Below, piece after piece: positions 25,649-38,510 of a stretch of DNA of 64,000 bases (position 1 is its first letter; every line of letters starts with the position of its first letter). Under the pieces are notes generated by a model. That model searched no databases. It worked only from the letters and a program-made list of their open reading frames with translations, and was not told where the DNA came from. This DNA comes from Lama guanicoe (lineage: Eukaryota). The stretch lies in NCBI GenBank assembly GCA_013239625.1, contig MU053487.1, positions 310,001-374,000 on the forward strand, in the 5' to 3' direction. The position numbers were made by a program, and so were the translations under genes.

Positions 25649-27343
25649 CTGAGAGCAGTAGATTTTTAAAGAGAAAAATTGAAAATAATGAAGAACATTT
25701 TGCTAAACAGCACAGTGAAGTAGGCATAAACAATGCCCATAATCAGCAACATTAAGCTTTAAAATATATAGATACAAAAGGACTGCTTATAAGCAGACTA
25801 TATCTTTAATCTCGCCAACATTCTTTAGTCAAAAGGGAAATATCTAAGCCACAAAAATACTCTCATAATCAGTTTTCCCAAAGAAACTCAAGTCTTCTTC
25901 CCATTTGGATTGTTCTGTCATTTCCAAAGTTAATTTTATTTCTATGATTTTTCCCCTAGGTCTAATTAGGCTTAACAGTTGGTTAGTGTTCTCCTGATAG
26001 TTGTAACTGGAATATCTATGCCATGCAAATAATGAAAGTAGATATAATCAAATTATTGGGATTCAGCTTTTAGCCCTAGTAGCTCAATGTTCCTCATATA
26101 ATTCAAATACAACATCTTAGGATTATAAGTAATAGTTCAAAAATAACCCATTCAATTAATAAAATTTATGTTATAGAATTTAATCAGTAAATCACCCATT
26201 TAAAAGAAACTAAAAAACATATGAGAAATACATTGATGAGGAACAGTAAATTTAAAACATATAGTTAATTTAATATCACCAAAACAAGATGTGATCAATA
26301 TACCCCAAGTTCAAGAGAACAAAGTCCCTACTTAATTAATTTATATAAAAAATAATCAAATGGCTGAGGTAAAGAGAAAAATTCAGCACATACAGACTGT
26401 CAGACCAGAACTATACATGTGACTACATGTAACATAGTACAGCTATGACCAATGAATATTTTTAAAAACTTGTTTTTCAAATATATGGCAAATACTGTAT
26501 TATATCAACACTGGTTAAGAGCTGATATGCAGTTTTAAAAGACATAATTTTTTTTAAAATTTCAAAACAAAGATGATGACTTCTATAAGATCTGGGTAAG
26601 AAACTGAGTAAATGCTTCTCAAATAGAGCATTAATATTGTAATCTGAAAGACGAAGAATCATATTGAATTGACTTGGGAAACTGGTAAAAGCCAATTATA
26701 ATCATTGTTTCAAATACTTCCTTCATAATTTTAAGTAAGAAAAATAACAGTGGTATATGTATAGCATTCCTCTGACAAACTATCATGGATCTGTAGATCA
26801 TGTTTTTAAACCTCACTGTTTTATTAATGCATAAGGCATAAAGGGCCAGAAAGATTTTTTAATTATAATTTGTTTTGAAGGTGTACTTTCTCTCAGCTCA
26901 GAAAATACGGGTAAGTAAAAGACTAAACACAATCCAATCCCAAACTAAAGCAACCCCTAAATACTCAATGTTAAGCTAGCCTTGAAACTACATGCTTATT
27001 GGGTACATATTTATATACTGTATACATATTTATATATTAATCTATCTGTCATTATTCTCAGTGTACTACAGTGCATAAAACACATCACCAGATTAACAAT
27101 ATCAATATTTATACTCATGATATCTCATCAATTATTATGGGCCTTGGCTTCAAATTCTGACCAATTAATAAAGATTGAGAATTAATTATACTGTCCTGCT
27201 TTTTGCATTGCCCACATTTGATCTTCCTAGATTTAATCCACAGGAATTTTCCCACTTCCTTTCCCACTCTGGGGGACTGGCTCACTCATACACTAGCTCG
27301 ATAACTGGAACATTTATAACGATAAGGAAATGGAGAAGAGTAC

Positions 27344-27450
27344 CAAGGCATCTGCTACCGCCTCCTCCACATCAGAACCTGTGTTCAGGACTCGCATGGC
27401 ACTGACAGAGGATGACAGCCGGCTTGACTGGCTGATCCCATACCCCGGAC
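27344..27450 (-). CDS. CLASP2: CLASP2 exon, 107 nt, GPGYGISQSSRLSSSVSAMRVLNTGSDVEEAVADAL
   Basis: tag|GT, TTG|gtactc, phase 1 to 0. Confidence 0.96.
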
Positions 27451-28404
27451 CTAACAGATCAGAAGAAAGAAAACAGCTTTGAGAGAGCTGTAAATGTAAC
27501 TGTGTCAGGTTGGAAACTATAAGATCCTTAAGGGGAGGAAAAAAAAAAAACCAATGGGGCAAAGCATTTTAAAAGCAATATTGTATTCTCTGGGTACATT
27601 TAGTTTCAGTCAAATAAAAGGGTAAAGGCAATTAAAATCACTGACAGTGTGTGGGAAATAAATTTAAAGAACAGCAGCAATGGTACATTTATGACCAGAA
27701 GATAGAAGAAAGCATGGCTGGCTAACTAAGGGCTTGCAAATCTATAGTCTTGTAATTAATCCAGCTCCATCAGTCAGGCAAATCTCACCCATATGGGTGA
27801 GCCACAGAGTAGCCCAGAACAAAGCTCAATCCTCATACCAGTAACGACTAGGGAGCTCAATGAAGCCACGCCAGGAATTTACGAGGGAAAAACCCTCCAG
27901 TTATTACCTCTTCTTCAAAATAGGGTGATTCCATTCACTAACTGTCATATCACTTGGTATCTGTTAAGCACCTACTATGTGCCCGGTATTCTGAGGTATG
28001 TAAAGACAAACCATAGATGGGTTTTCCCCTCAACTACTTTCTAGACCATCATTTACAATTAAAACACTTCATCCACCATTTTGGTTTTTTTTTTTAAACA
28101 TATATACAAAGATGAAGTACATAACTGAGAACATAAAACAACTCTATATTTTAAAATGACATAACTTATGTTATACAAAGGAAAAATGTCCATCTGCCAG
28201 TGAGAAAGGTGTTCAAATAAGATTGCTGAAGGGAAAAAAGTTACTTGGGGAAAATTAAAAAAAAAACATAAATGATTTCTTCTCCAACAAATTAAACTTA
28301 AAGAAAACAAATCAATTTTAAAACATGATTACTCAACGGAAACCGAAAAGAAAAAAATCTGAGATGAATGCACAGATGATAGTGAAAATGTACTCATCCT
28401 TCAC

Positions 28405-28467
28405 CTGAGGCCCCATACACATCGGGGGCGTAGAGGGCACCAGTAGATCTGGAATGGTGTCTGGAGG
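28405..28467 (-). CDS. CLASP2: CLASP2 cassette exon, 63 nt, ASRHHSRSTGALYAPDVYGAS
   Basis: cag|CC, G|gtgaag, phase 1 to 1. Confidence 0.94.
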
Positions 28468-30444
28468 CTGGAATAACAGGACCATACAAACCTCATCTAT
28501 TACTACAGAAACAAGGAATAGTGGCAGCACTACAGTCAGGCAAGGAGAGTTAGTTAACAATGGTAGTATTACTATTAATAGTTAAGGATCAGAATATTGC
28601 CAAATGGGGCAACTGAACATTAGCATTGCAACATCATCCTTGACACACAACAGATCTTACACCTATGGGGACAGACAAGTCCACACAAGACAGAAAAAAG
28701 CAAGTATTCAAATGGAAGGAAATGTCAAGAGCACAAGCATGAAACAAAAAAGAATGAACACTGTAGTTAAAAAAAAAAAACCACTATGGTAACTAGTAAC
28801 CAATAATAATCCCATCTCCACTAGTCCTGAACCCAGTGAGGCAGTTATTAACTATTCAGTTTTATAAATGGGTAAACCAAAGCATAGAGAAAGGTTAATT
28901 AATTTGATCAAAGCCACCCCCACCCCTCAGTATCTGCACTCTTTCAAGGTCTTTGCTTGTAGCAGTACGCAAACCATCTTTACATTGTTCAAAAGATAAC
29001 ATACCTCATTTATGTTAACACAGTCATTTTCTATAATGGTTCATAGGATATACGTTCTGTATTCAGTAGGTTATTTAAATATCAAAGCACATCTGAACAC
29101 CAAAAAAGAAATCTTAATAATTTAATCAAAACGGCCTTTTAGATCTTAGAATCCTGATTTTCTTAGCACCATAAAGTGAGCCTTTTTCTTACACACACAA
29201 ACAAGTCAGGAAAAATTCATTTTATTGTATAATGAAATATATTACTCTTATTTTAAAAGTTACTTGCTTCAGATATATTCAAGAGAACAGTGAAAATACT
29301 TTTTATTACATGAATTACTCTTTCCTTTGCCACAGGACCTTGAGGAATAAGAAAATGATCAGAACGACTGATAGAGAAGGTTAAAGAGAGAATGGTGCAT
29401 ACAATGTTTAACCAGACCCTAAAAGTTGATTGGTATCGTTAATAAAGCATACTAATATATAGTTAGTTTCAATTTTACCCAAGAGAAATAATTTCTAAAA
29501 TGATAAAGAAGAGTTGAACCAATATGGAAATGCTTTAACAGACGAAGAATTTTGAAAACCTTTTGAAATCAATAGTTATCTGTGGCTGAAGGGAACACTC
29601 AAGTGCTTGCCATAGTGTAAGCCTTTTTATTGAATCTTGGTTCCAGAAATAGATGGAAACTAAGAGTGCAAGATTCCAGAAGTTCAGCTTTGCTCAACTC
29701 TCATTTACTTCTGGTGCTTTAGGGCCCTCACGTTGGTCTTGTGCTACAACTGAATAGATGGCAAGCTATGGGATTCATCTGCTGAATGGCAACACTCAAA
29801 TCTGAGGCGACAAAAGGATTCACCAAGTAAATAAAGACAACAGAATGCAGGCAAATGCAGCAGAAAAATGGGAATGAAAGGGACAACTTGATCTCTGAGA
29901 ATGCTATCTTCATCCCTCTGTAATAAACAAGGATAATCTGCTACCTTTACTATGCAGTATCCATATGTAAATAAAAGGGCTATAAAATTCAATTCTTCTA
30001 AAACTGTATGATTAAAAAGTTTAACCACCTTTAACCCAAATAGGATGTTCCATTAGAATCAGGAAAACTGCCTCCTTTAATAATAACATTCAAACGATTT
30101 AAACTGGCAAATGGAGGCTTTGAGATAAATCTAGAAAATTAATGTCTAGATAAAATATCTCTTTAAAAATAAGCATATTAACAATATTTATTAAGTAATT
30201 AGAAGTTGTTTATAAATATCCTCTAATCTCTGACTATTGTACAGGTTTAAATGGTACAGAAACATACTTTTGCTTCTTCTTGATGTATCTCACATTTTCT
30301 ACTAACTCTACATTAAACAAATGTAGGTTTATACCAGTAAAAATCAAAGATCCTTGCCACTAAAGTGTACACAACTAACTGTAGGTAAGCAAGAAGAGTT
30401 TAAGGGGAAGAGGTGGAGCAGCAGCGGTGGGCGGCAGTGATGAT

Positions 30445-30670
30445 AACCACAATAACCACGTGCTCACTGTGTGCCAAGCACTGCTCTCAGGGGTTATTTC
30501 ATGTATTGTGTCATTTACAGTGCCTTCAAATCAACGCTAAGAAGTACATGCTATTATCCTAGTTTTATAGATGAGGAAACCCAGCTACAGAGAACAGCTA
30601 TAGAACAGCTACAGAGGTGGGGTATCAACAAGGCCATATGACCCTAGAACATATGCTCTTAAACTACCAC
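30445..30670 (-). mobile_element. MIR SINE
   Basis: cactgtgtgccaagcactgctct...ttttatagatgaggaaacc. Confidence 0.7.
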
Positions 30671-31933
30671 ACACCCACTCTGCTTCCTTCAACTCAAGGC
30701 GGCATGCTTATTTTGTACAGACGTAGGATTTATTTCATTTTTGAAACATATATGCATGAGGATGTACCATGTATGTGTGTGTGTGTGTGCGCGCATGCAC
30801 ACACGCAAGCGTGGGCATACACATATCGACAGACACTGTACAGACTAAGTCTACTGTATGCTGTACATGAACTACATATATCTCTGGGAAAGACAGAAAG
30901 GGAAACTCTTTGGCACCTGGCTCTGGAACACAAACAAGAGTTGAGGATACCACTGTCTGTGTCCCTAGCTTAAATGGGTTTTCTAGGTCAGTATAGGATA
31001 GTCTAGTAGTGATATATTTGTGCCAAATGGCCCAGAGAACAAGAAATTAATCTCTAGAAACTATACTAACACGTCTATTGAAGGAAACAGTAATTCCAAT
31101 AGACAATGAATAGAACTGTGTTCTACTTCAGTGTTACAAAGTCTGAAGAGCAACTTTCTAAGTATTATAGTAACCTATATGTTATGGAATTAAAAGAAAA
31201 AAATATGAAATGGCTATAGGTATGTGTATATAAACAGAGTACTAGTTAAAATGCTGAAGGATCATGCAGAAATTCTAAAGATTTTCAACATAAAAAAGTT
31301 CTGCCTCTCCAATTATTCTAAAATACCAAATGTTTAAAAAAATTTAATATTTTTATTATTGAGGTAAATGTAGCTTTATAATCAAGGCTATACTACAAAC
31401 TCTATAATTAAGGACGGATAGATTTTACAACAGTGACATGATATGAGCTAATACATGGGAAATGGCTATAAAATACTATAAAAACATTAATCCTTCCCAT
31501 TTTAATAAGTAGCACATATATTATCTTGTAGCATTCTTTCTGGTAACTTAAGTTAAATACCTAAGGTGCAATGTTAATATTTCTGCTGGAAAGGACAAAA
31601 GTATATATAATTTTACCAAACTAAATAGTCCATATTTCATGTAAGAGTAAATATTTACATTTATAGGGTTATTTGTTATGAAAAATCTTGCATTCAATAT
31701 TCTGTAGTTTAAATTTGCATGCTATTTACTTGATCATGAAGGCAATTTGTTCATACAATGTTTAACTTGCTCATTTAACACAAGGAAATGTCAAAGGAAT
31801 TCCCCATACATCTAATTTCCTTCGGACTCTCCTCAAAGTGACACAAGAGATACAGTTGATGAAGAAAGCCAAATCCAAGGTATGTTTCCCACAGTGGGAA
31901 AGCAATACACCTCACACCTGCCCAAACACTTAC

Positions 31934-32041
31934 CAAGGGGCTGGAAAGAGCGAACAGGACTCGTATCCCTGCTGCTCTCCCGGCTGGCTTCCCGGCTGCA
32001 CCCTTGACTCACACTTGGTCGAGGAATACGACTGCTTCGGG
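31934..32041 (-). CDS. CLASP2: CLASP2 exon, 108 nt, [36 protein letters not shown] (second SxIP motif, GSK3 site array)
   Basis: cag|CC, G|gtaagt, phase 1 to 1. Confidence 0.97.
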
Positions 32042-32483
32042 CTGGTACGAAGCAACAGCAGCATAGAAGGGGAGTAAACAGGAAACAGGATGTGGATTTT
32101 CGATATTTTGGTTTTATTTTTTCTTTCTCAAAAACTAATCAATAACTTAAGTTTTTCTAAGGTTGAGAAGAAATGATTCTTGATGAAGCACTGCCAGGAA
32201 TAGCATTAAAATTCTTGAATACAGTCTTCTAGTTTGTATAATTAGAAGTATAAAATAATATTTTACAAAAATAAAAAAGCTGTGAATAAAAAGATTAAAA
32301 ATTTAAATGAATTATACTTTCAAGATTATATCTAATTCAATTTTTAACCTGTATTTCAATTCTCCTTGAATTGTAAGTTGTTTTCCTCTAACTTAGAAGT
32401 GCCTAAATTGATGTCTTTAATGTCACCAAAGCCTGAAATACAAAAGAAATTCAAGGTCCCCAGTTTTACACAGAAAACCTTAC

Positions 32484-32654
32484 CCACTGAGAGCCTAGAT
32501 GGACTGGCCTCTCTGCTACAGCCCTGGCTTCGCGGTATCTTGCTTCTCTTCTGTGCTGAGGCTAAATTGACCAGGACTCTTTGTACACCAGAGCTCACAG
32601 TAGACAGGGCTGTAGTGGTCAGAACTCTTCCTGGAGACCCAGATCGGCTGCCAG
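32484..32654 (-). CDS. CLASP2: CLASP2 exon, 171 nt, [56 protein letters not shown] (first SxIP motif)
   Basis: cag|CT, G|gtaagg, phase 1 to 1. Confidence 0.97.
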
Positions 32655-33028
32655 CTGAACACCAAACATACATACAAATGTTAAGATGTGAACTCCAAGA
32701 GAACTTGTTGAAAGGATAAAAATTCATGAAGTAAATCTGAGAAAATTATGACAGTGTGGCAAGTTTTAAGCACAAAGGAAATGGACTGAGGAAGATTTAT
32801 ATATAATTGTAACCTGGAAAAAAGGTACAGTTTATATACTAGGATTGAATGGTAAATCATGTAAAACGTATTTTCAGTTTTGGGGTGGGGGTGTAAGATG
32901 CTATATTTAATGAGGACAACATTATACTGATTTTCAGAACACAAACAGTATAAAAGATTTCCAAAGAAGTAACTTATCTGACAATACATTTCACATGGCT
33001 AAAGCTATATGTTAAAAACCTATATATT

Positions 33029-33153
33029 GGGGGGGCGGGTATAGCTCAGTGGTAGAGTGCGTGTGTAGCACGCACAAGGTCCTGGGTTCAATCCCCAGCA
33101 CCTACATTAAAAACAAACAAACAAATAAACCTAATCACCCCCAAAACAAAACA
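33029..33153 (+). mobile_element. Vic-1-type tRNA-derived SINE (camelid)
   Basis: A box tagctcagtgg, B box ggttcaatccc, A-rich tail with aaataaacctaatcacccc; TSD aaaaa(c/g)ctatatatt at 33014-33028 and 33154-33168. Confidence 0.88.
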
Positions 33154-35337
33154 AAAAAGCTATATATTAGAACTATACATTTAAAAGGAAACATAATTCT
33201 ATTACTGTCATTTTTATTACTATGTATATTTTTTAAATTTTTACAAAATTAAAGTTAAATGTTTACGAAATTGAGCAGGCTGAAAAAGCAGCTTTCTTTT
33301 TGCTATTTGCCTTCAAATACCCAACGGGTCTTGGGTGGCCCGGGTCTGGGATATAGATGTACACTGAGAACAGAACAGGACTAGCAGGCAAATAAATGTC
33401 AAAGAAGTCAGACCCCTTCTAAACTAGTGATCTTCAGTCTTGGAAGACAGAATATATGTGGTCAGGAGACAAAGAGAAGGAGCTGGACAAAAATCTCAGA
33501 GATTGGGGCAATAGTTTAAAAAACAGTTAAGAAACATGGTTTTAAACTAGAATTGCACGCATTAGCTTTTAAGGGGATAAGCTCCCTGTCAATGAAAACA
33601 TTTCATGTCTGCTTTGAAAGGGAAAACAATTTAGAGAACTCCAAGGTGTAATCTAACTTCAGATTCTGAATGGCAGCATTACAGAAAAGTTAAACTTGCA
33701 CTTAAAGAAAGCTTCATGAAAGCAACTTTCCTCTGTTGGGCATTTCTCCTAACTCATGGAGCAGTCACTGCTCAACCTGTATAATCTTAACCAATCACGC
33801 TTCACTTCCACAGAGTAAAGATTAAAGACTCACATGCCAATGGGGACAAGCAGGGAACACCTATGAGGGGGGCATGCTGAGTGTAAGGCAGAGAGCGGTG
33901 ACTCTGTAATTCCACTCAGCTCTGTCTTGAGGTAATATTGGCCTCTGGGGATTTTTAAAAAATGAAAGCTTTGACATTTCCTGATTTTTATCATGTTGTG
34001 TAGACCAAATAATACATGAATAGAGGCAGACTGGATGTGGTCCAAGGGCTGCTGATCTGTGACCCTTGCTACTGTTTTCTTGGCATGGTCTTACTGAATA
34101 CAATTTAAACTCATGCTTAACTCCTAAACTTTACCAGCACACAAAATGAAACTCATCTTCCACTAGTTATAGCAATACTGTAAAATAAAGCAGTGTTTCT
34201 GATGAAATTAACAACTTACTATTTGAGTAGAAAGAATTCTAAATTATTGTAGGGAAATTACACATGTCCACTGTAAAATGATGGCTCATTTACACTGTTT
34301 CATGATGCTCCAGGTGAAGAATCTTTACATCAGGTTTCTTTCAGTTATAACCTTAAGGATACTCACAAGGCACCTATTTTCTCCATGCAGTGTCTAAACT
34401 AAACATACACACCAAAACATCCAAACACCCAACATGCTACAAACTTACAATGCACGATAAGCTGATGGAATATTTTATGGGAACACTTGCAACAATATAA
34501 AAAGTATAAATAATGAACTGAATACAATACATACAATATGTTATTCTGTTAAAACTAATGTAAATTTAGGGAGTGGAGGTGTTGGCAGGAGACTGGAGAA
34601 TTCCTTGAAATGTGGATCTATTCAGCAGAGAGAAAACATGCAGTACAGAAGCAGAGTAACCACTCCACCTATTCTAGATTCATTAAATTTATCAAAATTA
34701 TGCAAGGTGATTCCCTATATATTTAGATTCATTCATACCCTCTCCTAGGAAATAAAACTGGCAGTGTTAATCATTACCCTCTCATCTCCAATGCCCACCC
34801 TCACCAACAGTGTGATAATTCCAGTGCCTACAAATCATTTTGGAATTATTTACACTTAGAAGAAAAAATATCAAGGCTCTTTCCCCAGCAAAAGAACTAC
34901 CAAGGTTAATTATTTCCTCTAAGAAAACCACAGAGTTGATGAAAAAGAATATGATGTACCTAGAAAATAGAATGCTAGTAGAAAATACTCTAATTTGCAA
35001 AATTTGGAATTAGATACTTAATTTCTCTTGCAGTGTCTAAAGTTTTCAGACTATCATTTACACTTTTTAATGAGGTATTTTCAAGGCATTGCTAAAGTTC
35101 CTTTGTTTTTGAATGTTTACACCTGTGGGAGCAACTTGGGTAGTTTTAAAAAACCAGGGCTTTGGTAATAAATAAGGACAGGCAAAGAAAAATCAGCAGC
35201 AGCAAATTTTGCCCCAATGTGGCTACAAAATGATAGAATATTAAATGTTAAGAATTTCTGCTGAATAGAACCCATTCTTGATAATGAAAATAGGTGATCG
35301 AACAATAGATGCACACATAAAGTCTATAGATTCTTAC

Positions 35338-35364
35338 CACCAATGGTATTAGCAGATTGTGATC
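35338..35364 (-). CDS. CLASP2: Alternative CLASP2 microexon, 27 nt, GSQSANTIG
   Basis: ctaattctgcctttacacttgttcag|GA...GGTG|gtaaga, phase 1 to 1, stop-free. Confidence 0.82.
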
Positions 35365-36754
35365 CTGAACAAGTGTAAAGGCAGAATTAGGGTAAGGGTT
35401 ATAATCCACGAAGAGGGAAGGAGCAGATTTAAAATGGATGCCAGATGGAAATAAGAAAGCTTTCGTCAGTTCTTAGAAAATAAAAAACCCTCAAGCAAAA
35501 AAAGCAAACTTTAAAAAAATCCCAAAACCATTGATGTCTGTAACAAAAGCAGAACATTTAATAGTTTTTACAGCTGATAAACAAAAATAGGACACTTATG
35601 TACAAAGCAGATGAAATGAAGTTGCAAAAGTAAATGTAAATTCTTCAGCTTTTCTTCTGACAGCCTAAAATCTAAATAATTAAATGTTTAAAATTTTTAT
35701 TATTTAAACATTTAATTTAAAACTATAAGTAAGAACTACAACATTGTCTAGCTGAAGAAAAATTACATGAAAAAGCTACAGATTTCATCTTTCTTAAGAC
35801 ATACAGGAAAAAAACAGACAGAGGGGTGGGGGGTGGGGAGACAAAATTTCTGACAGGCTGTACAATCATTTGTACATAATCAGTCACTACCAACAACAAA
35901 AGACATAATCCTTATATAAATATAAATCTGGAAGTCTCTCCATTGGGTCTGCTTTTATTGATTTTGGTTAGCCATCAGAACACACCTGCTTTGACCCAAG
36001 AGATTTTTTTTTCCCCCCTAAATGGTGATATAAAAATATGGTAAGACCATGCAAACCCTAATGAATTACTTCACAACAAAGTGAAGATGCAGATCACAGC
36101 AAAATTTCTATGCAAAAATGTTGTAAAGAAACTTGCATCAAATTATACAGGGCCACGATATCTTTTTTCAAAAGAATTCGAAATGGAACAAACAGTCACT
36201 CAAGTAAATAAGCAAGCAAATGAACAAAACCCTCACCAATATGATATAAAACTTAAGTAAGTTTTTTAGTGGAAAGGTCTTTTGATCTTAACATTCTACT
36301 AGATCTAAAAAGCCTATCATATTCTCATGCTCTAGAAGAGGATTTGAAGTACTGTAGATTGGGTTCCAAAGTGAAAAACCAAATGTAAAAAAAATTATTC
36401 TATATTCTCTTGAAGTGATCAGTAGTTATAATGCAATTAAAAGGGAGGTTCTTAAGTAGCATACTAAAAACCCATACACAAATTACTTTGAATCTCTGCC
36501 AAGAGTTCAGTCTTAGTATTACTTTAGAAGAGAACTAAGTAAAATATCTCACATAAAATTAAGTTTTATTCTTAAGATACTGGATACAGTTTTTGGTTGC
36601 TACCTTTATTTTTCTTTATGCTTCAAATTTCCTAACTTCACCATTATTTTATTTCCTGAAGGCCTTAAGAATAACAAGGTACAGAGAAGTATACAACAGG
36701 AGTATAAAATCCAGTTGACATTAGATTAAGAATAACAAGGAGAACAATTTTATC

Positions 36755-36950
36755 AGCTAAAATATGTAGCATGTACTCTGGGCTTAGGCAAATACATATA
36801 ATCTCATATTCACAACAATCCTGTAAGATTATCCTTTTCATTTTCCTGGTTATAGAAGAAGTATACAGGAATGCAGCAATTTTAAATAACCTGGCAGAGC
36901 CAAGATTCAAATCTGGACAGTATGGCTCCAGAGCCCATGATCTAAATAAA
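36755..36950 (-). mobile_element. MIR SINE
   Basis: tcacaacaatcctgtaag...ggcagagccaagattcaaatctggacagtatggctccagagccc. Confidence 0.65.
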
Positions 36951-36984
36951 TCAGTACTTTTCAGACCTTATTGTAACATAATTC

Positions 36985-37097
36985 ACTTAGTGATCTGTTA
37001 AAGACTGAATTCAGTAGATCTGTGGTGGCATGAGATTGTGCATTTCCCAGGTGATGCTGAGGCTGGTCTGGATACCACATTTGGAGTAGCAAGGCTC
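36985..37097. mobile_element. MER5A-like hAT-Charlie element
   Basis: ttcagtagatctg...cccaggtgatgctgaggctggtctgg...accacatttggagtagcaagg. Confidence 0.65.
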
Positions 37098-38227
37098 TAA
37101 ACTACTACGCTACACCACTGAAGATTAAGTTACTTTAAACACTTACTCTAAAAATATACACGATCAAGGAAGAACGTGATATGATCTATTCCTAATTTGG
37201 TTAGGAGAAGAGTCCTTATCCAGAGAGCATTTGCCATTTTTCCTATTTGTAAATAATCCTCAATTTGCAAATCAATTTTACTGAGCATTTCTGCTTATTT
37301 TTAGGACTCCTGTTGAGTGCTCTCATCAATACTCTGCCTGGGATTTTTGACTTTGGAAAGAAGAGAATCTGCCAGGTTGACTATATCTAATCACCACCCT
37401 AGCATTCTCTAAGCCCAGCTCTTTCCCCTGATTCCAAGATTCAGGAATCAAGTTAAAAAACAGACAAGCAGGGTATCTGTATCCTGATAAATCACCTAAA
37501 CAACAGTGGAAAATACCTACATCTAATTCTTTCCAAATTGGCCAAGTATATAGACAATTACCTCCCTAGAAAAGAATTCCTGTTTTAAGAGATAAGTGCT
37601 AATGAAAATCTCTTGATAAAGAAGGAATGGGAACAAACTCTTTTAAATTAATTATGCCATAAGTGTATGTATTATTCTGGAACATATAGGAATGGATCAT
37701 TCATTTTACCTAGGCTTCAAAATTGTGCTTTTTAATAATTGTGCTTATGAGAAAGTCAGCTTCCAATAAAATTGCAAAAATACACATCTTAAATTTAACA
37801 ATAAATATAACACAACTTGTCATTTCAATTTATGTTTACTCTCTATGAATCAATACCTGCCAAAAATGCTAACTATACTCTAACAGATTTTTGTGAGGAT
37901 ACAAAGATATCACGTATCTGTCCTTGAACACCATTAGCTAGATACAACCAGATTTGATGTTTATCTATGGCAATTATTTGGCCCCTAAAAAGCACAATTT
38001 TCCACATTTGCAAGTTTCTGAGTAGACTGTGAAAACCTTAATGCTAAAAGATTTGTGCTATTAAAAATATCTCCATGCAAAAGTTTCTACAGCAGATGAA
38101 GTTTTTCTGTCTAAGTGGCAAATATCAATGATGCAGCCCTAATAACACACCAAAGACAAGACAACATCCACTCCAAAAATTCCAAAACATGCACAACAAC
38201 TGACCCAAAACATTGAAAAAAAGATAC

Positions 38228-38254
38228 CTTCATTTTTGTCAGGTGATGATGAAC
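38228..38254 (-). CDS. CLASP2: Alternative CLASP2 microexon, 27 nt, RSSSPDKNE
   Basis: ttctgtgctttag|GT...GAAG|gtatct, phase 1 to 1, stop-free, after a 154-nt intron. Confidence 0.75.
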
Positions 38255-38408
38255 CTAAAGCACAGAACAAGAACTCAGTATGTGGCTTGTCTTTTTTGAA
38301 ATTAGCTTTGTCTTTTTCCACTGGTCAAGCTCCTGATACAGTAACACACAAGTAACACACTTTCCCTAACAACTTAGAAATACAGGAGAAATGATAGGCC
38401 ATACGTAC

Positions 38409-38510
38409 GCTGTGACTGAGACACCATTTTTGTTCGACTTCTTCCTCTGGAATCTGTCTTGGCATTTCCCATACCAGCAAGTGGCGCTGAAAGTTTTGCT
38501 CTCACTCGGC
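38409..38510 (-). CDS. CLASP2: CLASP2 exon, 102 nt, GRVRAKLSAPLAGMGNAKTDSRGRSRTKMVSQSQ
   Basis: tag|GC, C|gtacgt, phase 1 to 1. Confidence 0.96.

Noticed and set aside
30770..30823. Alternating purine-pyrimidine TG/GC/CA tract
   Set aside because: Ordinary decayed microsatellite.
33036..33105. tRNA-like sequence with A and B boxes
   Set aside because: A-rich tail and TSD show it is a SINE, not a tRNA gene.
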